A DNA stretch of 63,074 nucleotides, counting the filler, from Asterionella formosa (taxonomy: Eukaryota): NCBI GenBank assembly GCA_002256025.1. It is 14 parts of 14 records of this genome, joined end to end, with 100 filler letters (N's around TTAATTAATTAA, not from the genome) between each part and the next. Parts side by side here need not be neighbours in the genome. Positions count along the whole stretch, not along the records: positions 22,674 to 45,238 come from NKIB01002686.1; 13 more parts are not named here. One strand, given 5' to 3'. This document shows, in pieces, positions 25,191 to 37,223 of the stretch; position 1 is the stretch's first letter; every line of letters begins with the position of its first letter. The position numbers and the translations under genes were made by a program. A model generated the notes under the pieces. It made no database searches, was not told the DNA's origin, and was given only the letters and a program-made list of their open reading frames with translations.

Positions 25191-25485
25191 GAATGTCTGA
25201 CATTCTGTCTGTTGGGTTTTTTCTGTCACCAATGTACTGACAGTGTTTCCTCTTACTTTCTCCATTCAGTAACCAGCCGTCCTCGACATCTCTGAACTAG
25301 CAGAAACGACGAACAGCGCACGAAAAAACGAGGTTCAAAACAAATACCTATAGGTAAATTGCACACAAAGGCAAAAAACTATTTAGGCTTCATCGTCACT
25401 TTACGTACTTATTTTTGATTTTACCAGTTTTGAATAGTTTTGTGTCCAGTTGTGACACCAACGCAAGCCCCATTCCTCCTTATCT

Positions 25486-28055
25486 TTATCGCTGGTCCTG
25501 AGTCTCAGGAACCCATATACCCCGATGAGCATCCCAATCCATACCAGCTCGCTTGCGCCCAGCAGGACGTATAAAAAGACCATCTTTGTTTTTCTTTGGC
25601 TCTGACGCTGGCATCACGGAACCGTCAGAGGAAATTCGCCCTCTAATGCGAGCAGCAGAATACTTGGACTGGCTTTCTGGACCTGCATAAGTTCGATTCT
25701 GCGGCACATAAGTTGCAACTGCTGCAGTTGGTGGCGCAACTGCAGGAGTAGCGACCATACCACTGGAACGAAGAGACGGCAAAGGCATCAGGTTCGGGTC
25801 AAACCTCCGCCGACCCCCATCAAATTCAGCTTTGGTCTTGAGTAGCTTTCGCCAGGCGCGTTCACGATCTTGTTCGCTCTTTTGGAACCGAGAGTTAAGA
25901 ACACCCATCTCATTGTGAAAGTCATTGTCCAGGCGGGTTTGTCGCTCCTTAATTGTCTCCCCCGTGTTGCGATCCACAACAATATTGTTCACGTCCAGAG
26001 GTGGAGGCTGTTGGAAGGGTTTGAACATCTCTCCGTCATACGATCCTCGCTTAGCCTTGAGAATTACAGCATCAACCACACGGCCCAAAGTCAAGCCGAT
26101 GGAGTTAACGATTGGGTTGGAATGCCCAGAAGCCATTTGAGTTCGATGTGTCCCAACGGGCATTTGACCTTGCATGCTTTGCATGACTTGTCTAGCCTTT
26201 TGGAGGTTCCAGTTCTGCAAGTCCTTATAATATCGACCTTTTGCAATTGAAACGCGCATACTGTAATCGTTGTTCATCTTGGCGATCTCCATACGGTACG
26301 CTTGCGCCTTGGTTTGATAGTCCTCTTGACACTTGACTCGGCGATGGTAGATTTCTGTAGATTGGCGATAAGCATCATTGTAGTCAGTCGTAGTTTCGGT
26401 GATTCGAAGGCGGGCATGATCCGTGATAGATGTCGCCATTAAATCAGCATGAATAATGCGTATACGTTTCATGTCTTGTTCGTGAAAGGAAGGAACAGCC
26501 AACAGAGATATCGGCTTGATCTGTTTAGGAATAATAGGGACAGAGTTCTTGAATTCTTCGTTCTGTGGAGGACATGTGATAAACAGAGTTTTAGTAAAAG
26601 TAACCAAACAAATAGTCAGAGAGTTTACCATGTACTTACATCGTCTTCGGTGCCTCGATTTTTATTTGCCTGCGTTGGTTTTTGGTCTTCAGTACCAGAT
26701 TCATCATCATCGCCAGATTTACTACTCTCGTCATCCTCATCTTCTCCCTTGCTGTCGTAACCTTCCGAATCGGACTTGCTTTCGCCGTCAAATCCTGGTT
26801 CCACATTCACCGCCAATTGGTTATTTTCCGCAGTGTCACTATCGGCCTGATCGACCGTGTCGTCAATCTTACATTCTGATGTATGCTTGGCAGCGGTCGT
26901 AGATTCAACCTTCTGAATTTCCTCCTTGATACCATCGGGCTGCGTCCCCACGTCCACCTGCATGGTATCGTCATTGGATTTTGATTCAGCCTTGGCGGAA
27001 AAATCTTGTTTTTTCAACGCCTTCTCGTCGCTACTACCAGCAGTGATCTCACTGGTGTCATTCTCGATCTCTTCCTTTTCGTCATCAGTCTTGTCGGACC
27101 CATTCTTGGCCACGGCTTCTTCGATTTTAACCTTTTTTTGCGCGGATGCCGACACGCCTTCCGCGATCCGCTTGCGTCGCTCTTCCAAGGCAAAGACGCG
27201 GTGTTCCATACCGATTTCCCCAAAGGTTGGTTGATCTGGAATCTTCGCCAACAGTGCAGTTTGCCATCGCTTGTATTCTGCTTCATTTTCCCGAGTGCTC
27301 ATGGTACGGTGGCTGGCGCCAATGCCAGCCCCGAACTTGATATTCACATGGTCAGTCCCGTGGGGCTGGTCGAGAATGGTGTACTTGATAACACCGGTGC
27401 TTGGGAGGAGGGCCTTTTCATATGAGTCCTTGTACTCTTTGAGGACGTCATACTCTTGCTCGAAGGTGGGAGTTGACGAAGGGGTAGACTCTGCCACAAC
27501 CAAGTTGGACGATTCCTTCTCTGTGCTGTGTCGTTCCTTCATTCGCATCTTCGCTGCTTCTTGCTTCTCCCAATGCGATGCATACTCCTGCACTTGCGCA
27601 GGATCAAGATGAAGGCGTAAGTCTCCGTATTTTGGTGGAATCGGGGGCGATACATCTTGTCCGTCCATGGCTTGCGCGAGCCGATTGAGGCGGCGAGTGA
27701 GACGGTTCAAAAGTCTTCTACGCAACTTCATTCTCAAGAGAAATTCGACGCATAGATCTTGTCCTTGTTCCGGAATCCTGAGCCCGACCAAGTCGTCTTC
27801 GCTCGGCGTGAGTTTGATGAGTCCCTCGCCAATGTCCAGCAGGGTTCCTTCCCCGCAAGTCTTCTCAATGGCTGCCTTGACCCTGTGCAAGGAGCGATTC
27901 AGTTCCGTCAAGGCAGTGAATTCAAGATCGCATCGATCCAGAGACCGAATCAAAAAGGCGCGATGTTCAGGGTGAGCTTCCAAGGGGTTGGTGGACGAAG
28001 CGTTGAACCTGTAGGGGACTGGAGAGTCTGATTTGCCGGTTCGAGCGCGAGACAT
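25486..28055 (-). CDS. Spliced hypothetical protein, 830 aa; exons 28055-26640 and 26562-25486; coiled coils, acidic region, probably nuclear
   Basis: ORFs 26625-28055 and 25486-26631 join in phase 0 through a 77-bp GTAAGT...CCACAG intron (26639-26563), giving ...TEDD|NEEFK.... Contains the basic KKVK segment and a C-terminal RPAGRKRAGMDWDAHRGIWVP motif. Confidence 0.85.
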
Positions 28056-28690
28056 GGTTGCAGTAGTGTGTACTGCCTATTTCAATTGCCGGTAACTGAT
28101 TGACTTGATGGAGTGCAAGTGGGACAAGCTTCTGCTCCAAGCCTCCTTTTTCCACTGCAAGAGGCGAAGAACCACCTATGTAGTGATACCGGTACCTGGT
28201 GCTGGTACTGGTACTCTGCTGCCTTTCGGAATGGCGCGTTAATGGGTTTCAAATGCTGCACTCGAATGGTACTTACTGCCTGGTACCCTGGTAGACTCTA
28301 CCCGAAACCTCTCGTCTATAAGTGTCCAGGTAAATGAATAATATGATACTCCGGAGTATTTATTTTAAAAAAACTCAGGGGTAAACTACCGTACCGGTAC
28401 CGGTATATGCATAAGTAATGGTTTGCAAGGACAATGATGTTAGAGTGACTGTCCCAAGAGTGGTGACGATCACGAAAATGTTGTTTGATGATGGTGTGTC
28501 GTCGTTGCTGCTCTACATACATATGAGTACATCATACATGTGCCGTCATATGTACGAATGATCATGAAGAAAGTGCAAGAATATGCATGATGCATCATTG
28601 TTGCTAGTTTGCCGTGCATACCATTGGTGTGCCTGCTGCCTTCTCGTGGTATGTACGATCTACAAGCTACAGTACATGGTAGTACCACTA

Positions 28691-28848
28691 CCCTGCAAGT
28701 TGCGGTAATTTTGCTGAAACTAAAGATTTAGCTGTCTTTATCCCAGATCAAAATGTTAGTTTAAGCAAAATCAATAAAGAGTTAGCTCTCTTTATCCCAG
28801 ATTAAAATGTTTGTTTAAGCAAAATGACCGCAACTTGCAACCGGTTGG
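28691..28848. mobile_element. 158-bp MITE flanked by TA (Tc1/mariner/pogo-type target duplication)
   Basis: TA|CCCTGCAAGTTGCGGTAATTTTGCT ... AGCAAAATGACCGCAACTTGCAA(CCGGTT)GG|TA, with an internal two-copy ~53-bp tandem repeat (TTAGCT.TCTTTATCCCAGAT.AAAATGTT.GTTTAAGCAAAAT). A related decayed end lies at ~22968. Confidence 0.75.
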
Positions 28849-29556
28849 TACAGTGTAAACTATTATACAATCACCATGTAACGCAAGTGGTACTCTACCA
28901 GTGCATCTTTGCTTGTGCGTTGCATGACGCTTGGTTGTTCCTGTTGTTGGTTATTGGCTGATTGGTCAGAGTACCAGGTACCATTACCGGTATGGTGTCA
29001 GGGTACCCCTGGTACCTGGTGCCGTACATATAACGGTATACCAGTGCATGATAAATGGCATGCATCAGCCATTCGTACATACGGCTACATACAGGTAAAT
29101 GTCTACAGTTTGTACGTGGTACCAGGTACCCTGGTACGTATTTACATCACCTCACGCACGAAAGTGCTTGTCCCGTACAGTAGACTACCTGGTACCTGGT
29201 ACCTGGTACCAGTATTTATTCCCTCATTCACGCAGTAATGCGACCCGACATGCACGCATGACACAAAAAGGAACAAACCAATGAGGAGGAGATTTGCGAT
29301 AGAAGTCCACATTCTTCCTTCCAGCCGCTGCAACAGTTCTTATTGTTAAATTAAAGTACTCTACTACATTAAATATCTGTTTTTGATCTGTTATCTGGTC
29401 TCAACAACATTCATCATCACTCTCATTGTTCCAGCTTCTTGCGAGGAAATCTAACAGCACCCAAGTTCGGTAGGAGTTCCGTGAATTGCAAAGAGGAATT
29501 CGGTCTCATTCCATCAGGATTTCAAGCCACTCAGAAAATCTAGACATCATATCGCC

Positions 29557-30087
29557 ATGATTAGAAACGAGAACAATGAGAGCTGTAATATTACTATCCT
29601 ACGAACAGGTGACGCCAGTCAAGCAACAGTAAGTCCTCGTCACGCTTATTTACTTGCCCTTGTATCTCGTGGTACATACTTTGAACCTTTTGCCTAACTC
29701 CCATTTTACAAAAATATATAGATAGCAATATCGCTGACTAAAACGTTGAGTGACCTCAAAGACGAAGTATCCAAATCTGCATTGGGCCCGATTGAACGAA
29801 ATCATCAAAGAATTTTTCACCTTGGCCGAGAACTCAAATCTGGCGGACGTTCGCTATCCGCACTCGGTGTTGGCCGATTCCATAATTTTACTCTGCACTT
29901 GCACTCAACCCAACCCGCGGCATATGAATTTTCTTCTGTTCACGATGACAAGCAATTATTTGCCGACGACGACGTCGTGGAAGTCACGGGAACTAGGAAA
30001 CAAGTCATTGAACTTCTTGACGATGATGATTCCGAGGATGACATAGCTATAGTAGATGGGCCTCCGTCAAAGCGACAACATGTGTAA
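29557..30087 (+). CDS. Small ubiquitin-like-domain protein with C-terminal tandem SIM-like motifs, 145 aa; exons 29557-29628 and 29722-30087
   Basis: ATG at 29557; phase-0 intron GTAAGT (29629)...CTAAC branch point...TATAG (29721) joins in frame to ORF 29746-30087. TLSDLKDEV...QRIFHLGRELK resembles a ubiquitin fold. The tail carries DDDVVEV, VIELLDDDD, DDIAIVD and PPSKRQ. Confidence 0.8.
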
Positions 30088-30599
30088 ATTCTTGGCTACT
30101 GGTATGAGATTGACAAATTTGCAATGCATTCATATAGCATTTCTAATATAACTACTGGTATGTAATTAAAACATGATTCACCAACTGGGCATCATGGTAT
30201 TTGCATCAGTATTTGCTATGTATGCAGTCAAATAGAACTTGGAAGTATGATGGTTTAGCACTCTTAGGGGTGATCTTGACAGAGATACAAATAATTTTTT
30301 ATTATTATTTATTGTATCTTCAGAAAAAAATGAATCTTAACAGAGATACATTTCACAGATAAATCTCAGTAAACGGCAAAACAGTTATTCATTTTTTCCT
30401 GTCTGCACAAACATGTGCATCAGACTCAGCAAAAATAATAGCAATGTGCACTTCAATTATACAACCTGTCTGACAAACATCATTACTCAAACAACAATGA
30501 CAAATCGACCAGAAGAACCTCACAGTTGGGCTGTAATTGACAATCTTGATTGCATTCTGTTACTTGCAGCAATTGCATTATCATTTTTGGAGTCCTATG

Positions 30600-31250
30600 G
30601 ACAAAATTTGAAGGCAGAGCAAGCAGAAAAATGGGAGCATCAATGACTTGACTGGAATGATCATGTCACAAAGCTTCTTCATGAGCATAGATTTCATCAT
30701 GAATATCGCATGTCTCTTCAAGATTTCAACCACGTACTGCAACTACTTAAACCTTCCATCACAGCAGTTGATGCTCTCAAATCAAATGCAAGTTCCGGTT
30801 CATACAGCACAAATCAGCATATTTATCCCAAGTTGATCCTTGCCATCAGCCTTTTCTGGCTGGTTTGCAGGCGGAAACCTATTAGACATTCATCATGTCT
30901 ATGGAGTTTCTTATCCATCTGTTTATGAGGTCACTAAAACAAGCATTCCTTGATACAGTGAACTCCTGCACATCATTATCAATTAATTTCCTGTCGTAGC
31001 AAACAAAGAGAAACAAGCAGTAATGAATGGATTTCTTGAAAAAACGAGCAGCAACTATTTTGTGGATGTATTGGTGCTATAGATGGGTATTTACAGCCTA
31101 TTGCCAAAGCAAGAAAAAAAGGATTCTGACAGCTTCCCCCAAGCATATTGGTCTTGGCATTATAAGTTGAATGGATTGAATGATGCTCAAGCTGTTTGCT
31201 ACAGTAATTGTTGTTTCTTATATTTTGGTGCTGTGGCACCTGCTAAATTT
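30600..31250 (+). pseudogene. PIF/Harbinger (DDE_Tnp_4/HARBI1-like) transposase remnant
   Basis: FHHEYRMSLQDFNHVLQLL, LILAISLFWL, YGVSYPSVY, FCGCIGAIDGYL, YWSWHYKLNGLN.AQAVC; multiple frameshifts. Confidence 0.8.
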
Positions 31251-32565
31251 TCATGTTGACCAGAAACTTTATTATTATGCATTGAAACAGATCTTGTAAT
31301 GCAAATCTAGAAATTCTAACCTCTGACAATTGTTTTCAATCCAATATTTCAAAAATGAGGGGATAGATATCATCAATTCCATGGTATTCAAACTGGTTGT
31401 GTTTGAATACCATGGATTCAACTACTGTTTATCATTGTTTTCTTTGTCCATGTAGGTAACTAATAACTTGTCTCAAACTGCTTTATGGGGAAATTTCCTT
31501 GCATCCAGCTCATACATAGTAGTTAATGTATCATTTCCAAGATCCAAAACATCTTGACAATGTTTCTTATCAAAGAAGACGTTACTTAGCTGGTAGTGTG
31601 GCTGTGCCGTACTTCTTAATATATTTGGGAGCAGTTGCAGCCTTTTTTCTTATACTAGAGAAGTTGTCCACATTTCCTAATGATAATCTGGGACTTTTCA
31701 GAATCATCATCCAATAAAATATTGGCAGGGACTAGATTTGAAAAATAGAAAGTTGGGAATTAGATAATTCGGAATCTGTACTAGAATGATCATTGGCAAA
31801 ATTTTCTCTGGTGGGAGAAAGTTGCTTTGATTGTAGGTGAGGAGACTTCTTTGTTGACAATTCAGGAGTAAAGAAGTACTAAGCTCTGTTAGTTTCTTAT
31901 ACTGCTTCGGGTTTCGGATGACTTTTTGTTGTACCCCACCATGTCTTGAAGGTCAATAGTCTTTAACCAATTCTTAATGAGTGTAACAGTAATAGATTTG
32001 TTTTGTTTCTTTATCTGGCAACTTTAAAGTAAACACAAATATGCTGAAGTTGTTGCAGTGCTGATATCTGTTGGATGAGCATGTCGTCTATCATCATCAA
32101 TCTTCCCTTGCTGTCAATGAAAAAATCAGCAGGAGTGGTACTTGCAACCCACTGATCATCCAGTTTCCTTGGTCCTGAGTAACTTTCATTGTTGTAGTAT
32201 GTACTGCCCTGGAATGACCGGAACTTGCTCGTTTGCATATTATTCTGCGCTATATATATCCTGTCGACCGGTATTTCTGTTTAGGCAGACATTCCTCGGA
32301 CTACATCTAGACTTCGGACACCTGTCGACATCAACAGCCTAACAGACATATTCTGACATTATGATACGGCTGAACTGCCTCTTTCGGCCGGTCCCTTTTA
32401 CATAACTTGTGGTGTGTGCGTCTCATGTGCAAGCAATAAAGCAATAAGCAATTATTAGAAGAAGAAAGATATCTTTCGTATTTTGTTAAAAACTGAGCGT
32501 TTCGCTGCCGTGACGATAGGTTATTCTTAACTTCCATACGCATACTAGTTTACAAGTAACAAGAA

Positions 32566-33708
32566 ATGACAGACGATGTACTCACCGCAGACGCCTCGTT
32601 GAGTTTGGCTGATTCTTACTACGTCGATGGAAATTATGCGCTTGCTATCAATGCATACGAGGCTGCATCCATCTTGGCCCGCGACCCTGGTGTTCGCTTT
32701 CGATCACTCTCACACAAGTCAGCTGCACTGATGCAGCTAGGGAGGTATGACGAAGCGTGCAGTGATGCGAAAGCAGCCCTGGAGTTTTCCTCGTCTGGAG
32801 GGTTGCGAAAAGGCGAAACGGAAGCATGTTACAACCGCGTAGGAAAGTCGCTATTCCATCTAGGAATCTATGAAGAGGCGTTAACAGCCTTGGAAAAAGC
32901 GTCTCAACTGGCAATCTTGAACAACGGCAATGGAAAAAATTACGAGTCAATCATTCAACAATGCAAAGACAAGATAGGGACACCGACAACTTCAGCTGCT
33001 GTTCCGCCTGTTTCAAGTTCTTCGGCCCCCGCAGTTGCGGCGTCGGTCGCCAAGCCTCGTCTGCCTGTAATGCCAAAATATCAATACTACCAGAACGATA
33101 CATTTATGAAGATTGAAATATTGGAACATAGCGTTAAGGAAGCTGATATTCGAGTTGACTTTTCTCCCAGAAAGCTTTCAGTCATTTTGAAGAAGCAAGG
33201 TGTAGAATTCACAGTCGTTCACGGCATTCTCTTTGAGAAGGTCGACGTTTCGCGCTGCAAGGTTGTGCTTAAGGATGAAAAGGTTCTCATCAAGCTTCGA
33301 AAGACGGAGCCACAGGATTGGCATGAGTTATTTGGGAAAAATACCGACGAGGAAGAAGAAACCCAGATTCAAGACCCTATAGAAATCCCGACAACGACGA
33401 GTAAGGTTCGGCCATATTCCTCTACCCGGGATTGGGACGCCATTGAACGCAACCTAGATAAGCAAGAGCAGACCGAGAAGCCCGAAGGAGACGAAGCCAT
33501 GAATGCGCTCTTCCAGAAAATATACAGTAACGCCAGTGAAGAAACCCGTCGTGCAATGATAAAATCCTATCAAACCTCAGGAGGCACGGTACTCTCAACG
33601 AATTGGGATGAAGTTAAGGAGAAGGACTACGAGGGGAAGGACAGGGTTGCTGCCAAAGGTCAAGAATGGAAAGATTGGGAAGGCCGGAAGCTTCCCCAAA
33701 AGGATTGA
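32566..33708 (+). CDS. SGT1: SGT1 co-chaperone (TPR-CS-SGS), 380 aa
   Basis: Three N-terminal TPRs, CS domain (KYQYYQND...KVLIKLRK...W), and SGS domain with RDWDAIE, DEAMNALFQKIY.NASEETRRAMIKSYQTSGGTVLSTNWDEV. Confidence 0.97.
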   Translation: MTDDVLTADASLSLADSYYVDGNYALAINAYEAASILARDPGVRFRSLSHKSAALMQLGRYDEACSDAKAALEFSSSGGLRKGETEACYNRVGKSLFHLGIYEEALTALEKASQLAILNNGNGKNYESIIQQCKDKIGTPTTSAAVPPVSSSSAPAVAASVAKPRLPVMPKYQYYQNDTFMKIEILEHSVKEADIRVDFSPRKLSVILKKQGVEFTVVHGILFEKVDVSRCKVVLKDEKVLIKLRKTEPQDWHELFGKNTDEEEETQIQDPIEIPTTTSKVRPYSSTRDWDAIERNLDKQEQTEKPEGDEAMNALFQKIYSNASEETRRAMIKSYQTSGGTVLSTNWDEVKEKDYEGKDRVAAKGQEWKDWEGRKLPQKD

Positions 33709-33900
33709 AGACGGGTAGGATACATAATTGAAGAATAAGTAGGATATGAAAGGTATTTAGCTAAGGGATAGGGCTTGTGAGGATGAGTCGAGTGAGGAAT
33801 GCACTCAGAGCTAGATTAAGCTAGGAAATACCGGTAGTCATATTCATCGATCGGCATCGTTTCTACGATTACAGTCAGTGTGCTACAGGATATATCGGTT

Positions 33901-35343
33901 TAGTGGGCGCGCTCTGATATTAAAAAATTATTATATCATGTGTGTATTATAACACAAATTATTTTGGCGATTTGATACATAATAACGTCGTCGCGCTCTG
34001 ATAATCAAGATATTTTAGATTCGTCATCTAACATTTTATATAAATTTAACTTAAATTTATAACAGTTATAGTTTCATAGCGATGCATCCTCCCCTCTTGT
34101 TCATTGTCCACATGAGTTCCATAATTTCACCAGTGTCAGTCAATGACCAGCATGTCGGCTTACCTCTCATCTCCTGATGACAAGGATGATGCCATGAGTG
34201 AACTTAAAACATGAGAAACATGAGACAGAGACAGAGATATAGAAATTTCAAGTTTTTCTCAAGAAGCAAGCCTTTGATTGTCAAATCAGGCCAGCAGAAC
34301 TTTCACAACGAGGTATTGCTCTCCAAGAGCGACTTTTCACTCCTAAACAAAGACAGTCAGAGGAACTTGCATCATTTGTTTGCCCATGCATGCTATGCAC
34401 TGAGCCCAACCCATTCCCGCTTTTCAACGACAAGTTCCTATCAATCCCCATAATAGGAATGGAGGTGAAATCAGTCAAGTTTTCGATGAAATCAAAAATC
34501 AATTTCATCAAAGGCGAGAGCGATTGGCAGCAAGCCCAACTTGTTCCCGACTTTCAACGACAAGATTGCATCAATTCTTCTCATGGGGACGGAGGTGAAA
34601 TCAATCCAGTCTTGATGACATTGAAAATCAATTTCAACAGCTGCGAGAGAAATTGGCAGCAAATCCAAATGTATTGCAGCTTGTAGATGGAGACAATGAG
34701 GTACCAGCGGAGAGATTCAGTGGACTGTGTTTTTTCTGGAAAAGTTCCATGCTGCGGACGCCATTGTACAAACAAGGATGCTACTGCAACAAAGGTCTGT
34801 ATTGAACACAATGTCTTCATTTACAAGCACAGCAAATGTATTTTAGTTTATGGCAGTGTTGACGATGTGGTAGTGACATTAAAGCTAACAAACAAATGTA
34901 TAGAATGATATAATATGCTCAGTTTCTTCATTTCGCCTTTTAGTCATCAATCAGTGCAGACATTGCACAAGAATTGAGAGTGGCTGCAACCACTAAGATT
35001 GTATTGCAGGTGGATTGTGAGCAAGAAGACATGATCACAACAAAACAGGAAGCAGACGATTGATGATACCTTTAGGATGATTGATGTGTATATGCAAATG
35101 CATACCGACATCTTTTTTGGTAAGAGCAAGCCATTTCGGGTATGAGCAAGCGAGTCTTGAAATATTACGGGAAATTAAATGTAGTCATTCATGCCTAAAG
35201 ATCTTCTTTTATAATGCACTGTTATTTATAACTGTAAAAAATTTGGTCAACACAAACACAAATTTTGGGGTTATGGGTACAACGATTTGTGTTATTATAC
35301 ACACATGATATAATAATTTTTTAATATCAGAGCGCGCCCACTG
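33901..35343. mobile_element. 1.44-kb non-autonomous TIR element (hAT-like TAGTG...CACTG termini)
   Basis: 58-bp TIRs at 33902-33959 and 35285-35342 with one mismatch. Interior has no intact ORF and carries an ~80-bp internal duplication (34461 vs 34591). No target-site duplication is visible. Confidence 0.8.
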
Positions 35344-35679
35344 GCACATGCTATACCCTCTATCTTTGCATATTTTAGTAGACTACCCCTATGCCCAGTA
35401 CAATGTACGATATCCCAGTAGTGGTCTATTTGCTACCGATAGTCGTTTTTAATCGTTGATGGTCCGACTACCGGTACCTGGTACACATACCGGTATTCTC
35501 ACTAATATTGGTACTCGGAGTACCAGGTACTAGCTTATGGCTGATGATGATCGTCTACTGTGCCAGTCCCAACGACAAGAAGTCGAACATTAGGATGATG
35601 ACTACCGGTATGCTATACTCCTAGAGCATCTGTCACTATTTGCTCGCTTCTATTCCCTTGGACTTACCCTCGTGGTAAC

Positions 35680-36777
35680 ATGGCAGCTCAAACCGCTCGT
35701 CACACATCCGCAATTTCCCTCTACGGGCTTCTGCACAAGAGTATTCGTGATGCTGATTTCGAAACCCTTGAAGAAATTGTAGCCAGTGATGTCTCCCTCC
35801 TTTGGACATGCAACTCTATAGGATGGACTGCCCTTCATTTTTCTGCCAGTCATGGGCTTGGCACAATAGCAAGATGGAAGTGGCTCATAGGATTAGCTGC
35901 TCAAGATGGAAAAGGATCGCTGTTGTACTTGAAGCTGACCGACGCCGGAGACTCGCCAGTTGCGCACTTCTTTCTACGAGAGTTGGACCCCTTGCCATGG
36001 CAGCGGCCAGAAGTTAAGCAAGAAGCAAATAGAAGGCGAGAGTGTATTGAAAAGGCGTTGGAAGACGAAGACATGCTAGAATCTGTAAGACAGGGCTTGC
36101 GCCAGAACTCTTCCCTGCCAACGAAAGAAATCAGGCCGGTTCGCGATGCCGAGTCCGTTATTTTAGACTTCCTTTGCCGCTTGCAATTATTGCTCCATGC
36201 TGCTGTAGGTAAATGCACACAGAACGGAGGATGGAGCCTCCTACATGCTCTTGCACTCACTGGTTGTCCTCGTGTAGTGGCAGAGCTCGCGATCAAATTG
36301 TACCCAGCCCAGTTAGCAACAAAAGATGCACAGGGCAACTTACCTCTCCATATTGCCGCTTCAAGTTCTTCTCCCCAATCACACCATATTCTCGTTTCCT
36401 TAGTGCAGAAGCTTCCCGACAGTTGCTCTCAAACCGACTCCACCGGCCATCTCCCGCTCCACCTTGCTCTGGCATCTGGTAAGACATGTGGCGTTGTGGA
36501 CTGCCTCTGGAAGGCTTTTCCACTTTATGGTGCTCCACGTGACGCTGGATCGAATCTGCCGGCTTTTTTAATTGCAGCAGTTGGCAATAATTTTACAAGA
36601 CGACATAAAGCTTTCCAAATTGCGGCTCGTCGCGATATGTGGCGCTTCCTTCCCCACAATTCCCAGCAAAGGGCACTTGATCACGCCAGAGCGGAAGTGG
36701 AGTTAGAGGAATTGACGACTGTGTACGCTGTGCTGAGAGCATCGCCTGATGCAATTTCTTGTATACTAAGTTCATGA
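35680..36777 (+). CDS. Ankyrin-repeat protein (365 aa)
   Basis: GWTALHFSAS, GWSLLHALA, DAQGNLPLHIAA and DSTGHLPLHLAL repeats; C-terminal LTTVYAVLRASPDAI of the kind seen in stramenopile ankyrin families. Confidence 0.88.
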   Translation: MAAQTARHTSAISLYGLLHKSIRDADFETLEEIVASDVSLLWTCNSIGWTALHFSASHGLGTIARWKWLIGLAAQDGKGSLLYLKLTDAGDSPVAHFFLRELDPLPWQRPEVKQEANRRRECIEKALEDEDMLESVRQGLRQNSSLPTKEIRPVRDAESVILDFLCRLQLLLHAAVGKCTQNGGWSLLHALALTGCPRVVAELAIKLYPAQLATKDAQGNLPLHIAASSSSPQSHHILVSLVQKLPDSCSQTDSTGHLPLHLALASGKTCGVVDCLWKAFPLYGAPRDAGSNLPAFLIAAVGNNFTRRHKAFQIAARRDMWRFLPHNSQQRALDHARAEVELEELTTVYAVLRASPDAISCILSS

Positions 36778-37223
36778 TTTCTCAGGAGGCGTCTGGACTG
36801 TCATGTTGAATTTCGCTTGATATACTATCTGCAACTCCGTTGAATGCGTCCCTGCCAGAAAGGTTCCAAGGATACATATCTGGTAGCTTTGCGATCAGGA
36901 TTTCTGTAAGTTATCGTTCTTTACTGAGCTACAGTTTTGAAAGTGTACATTTGTATAATATGAGATGTAGTGAGGTTTCCTGACAATTTTGACATCGAGA
37001 TTGCTTTGTTGATAGAATCCAGGTCACTGGCAAATGTTTTGCTTTGACTCAATGCTGGAAGAGGCATCACGCGAAACACAGAAAGAAATGGGAGAATACA
37101 CTAGATACCCAAATGCGCAGCAACTAACAAAAAACTATTGACAATTCTTGAGTAGGGCAACCTTCAGTTGTCATATTCGGCAAAGTTCTACATCGGTACT
37201 TGCTTCGCAGCTGTCACCCTCGC

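Noticed and set aside
20258..33708. Apparent ubiquitin/proteostasis gene cluster (MYND-UBE3D, UBL-SIM, SGT1)
   Set aside because: The first gene is on a different contig. Two such genes near each other in a eukaryote is unremarkable without synteny data.
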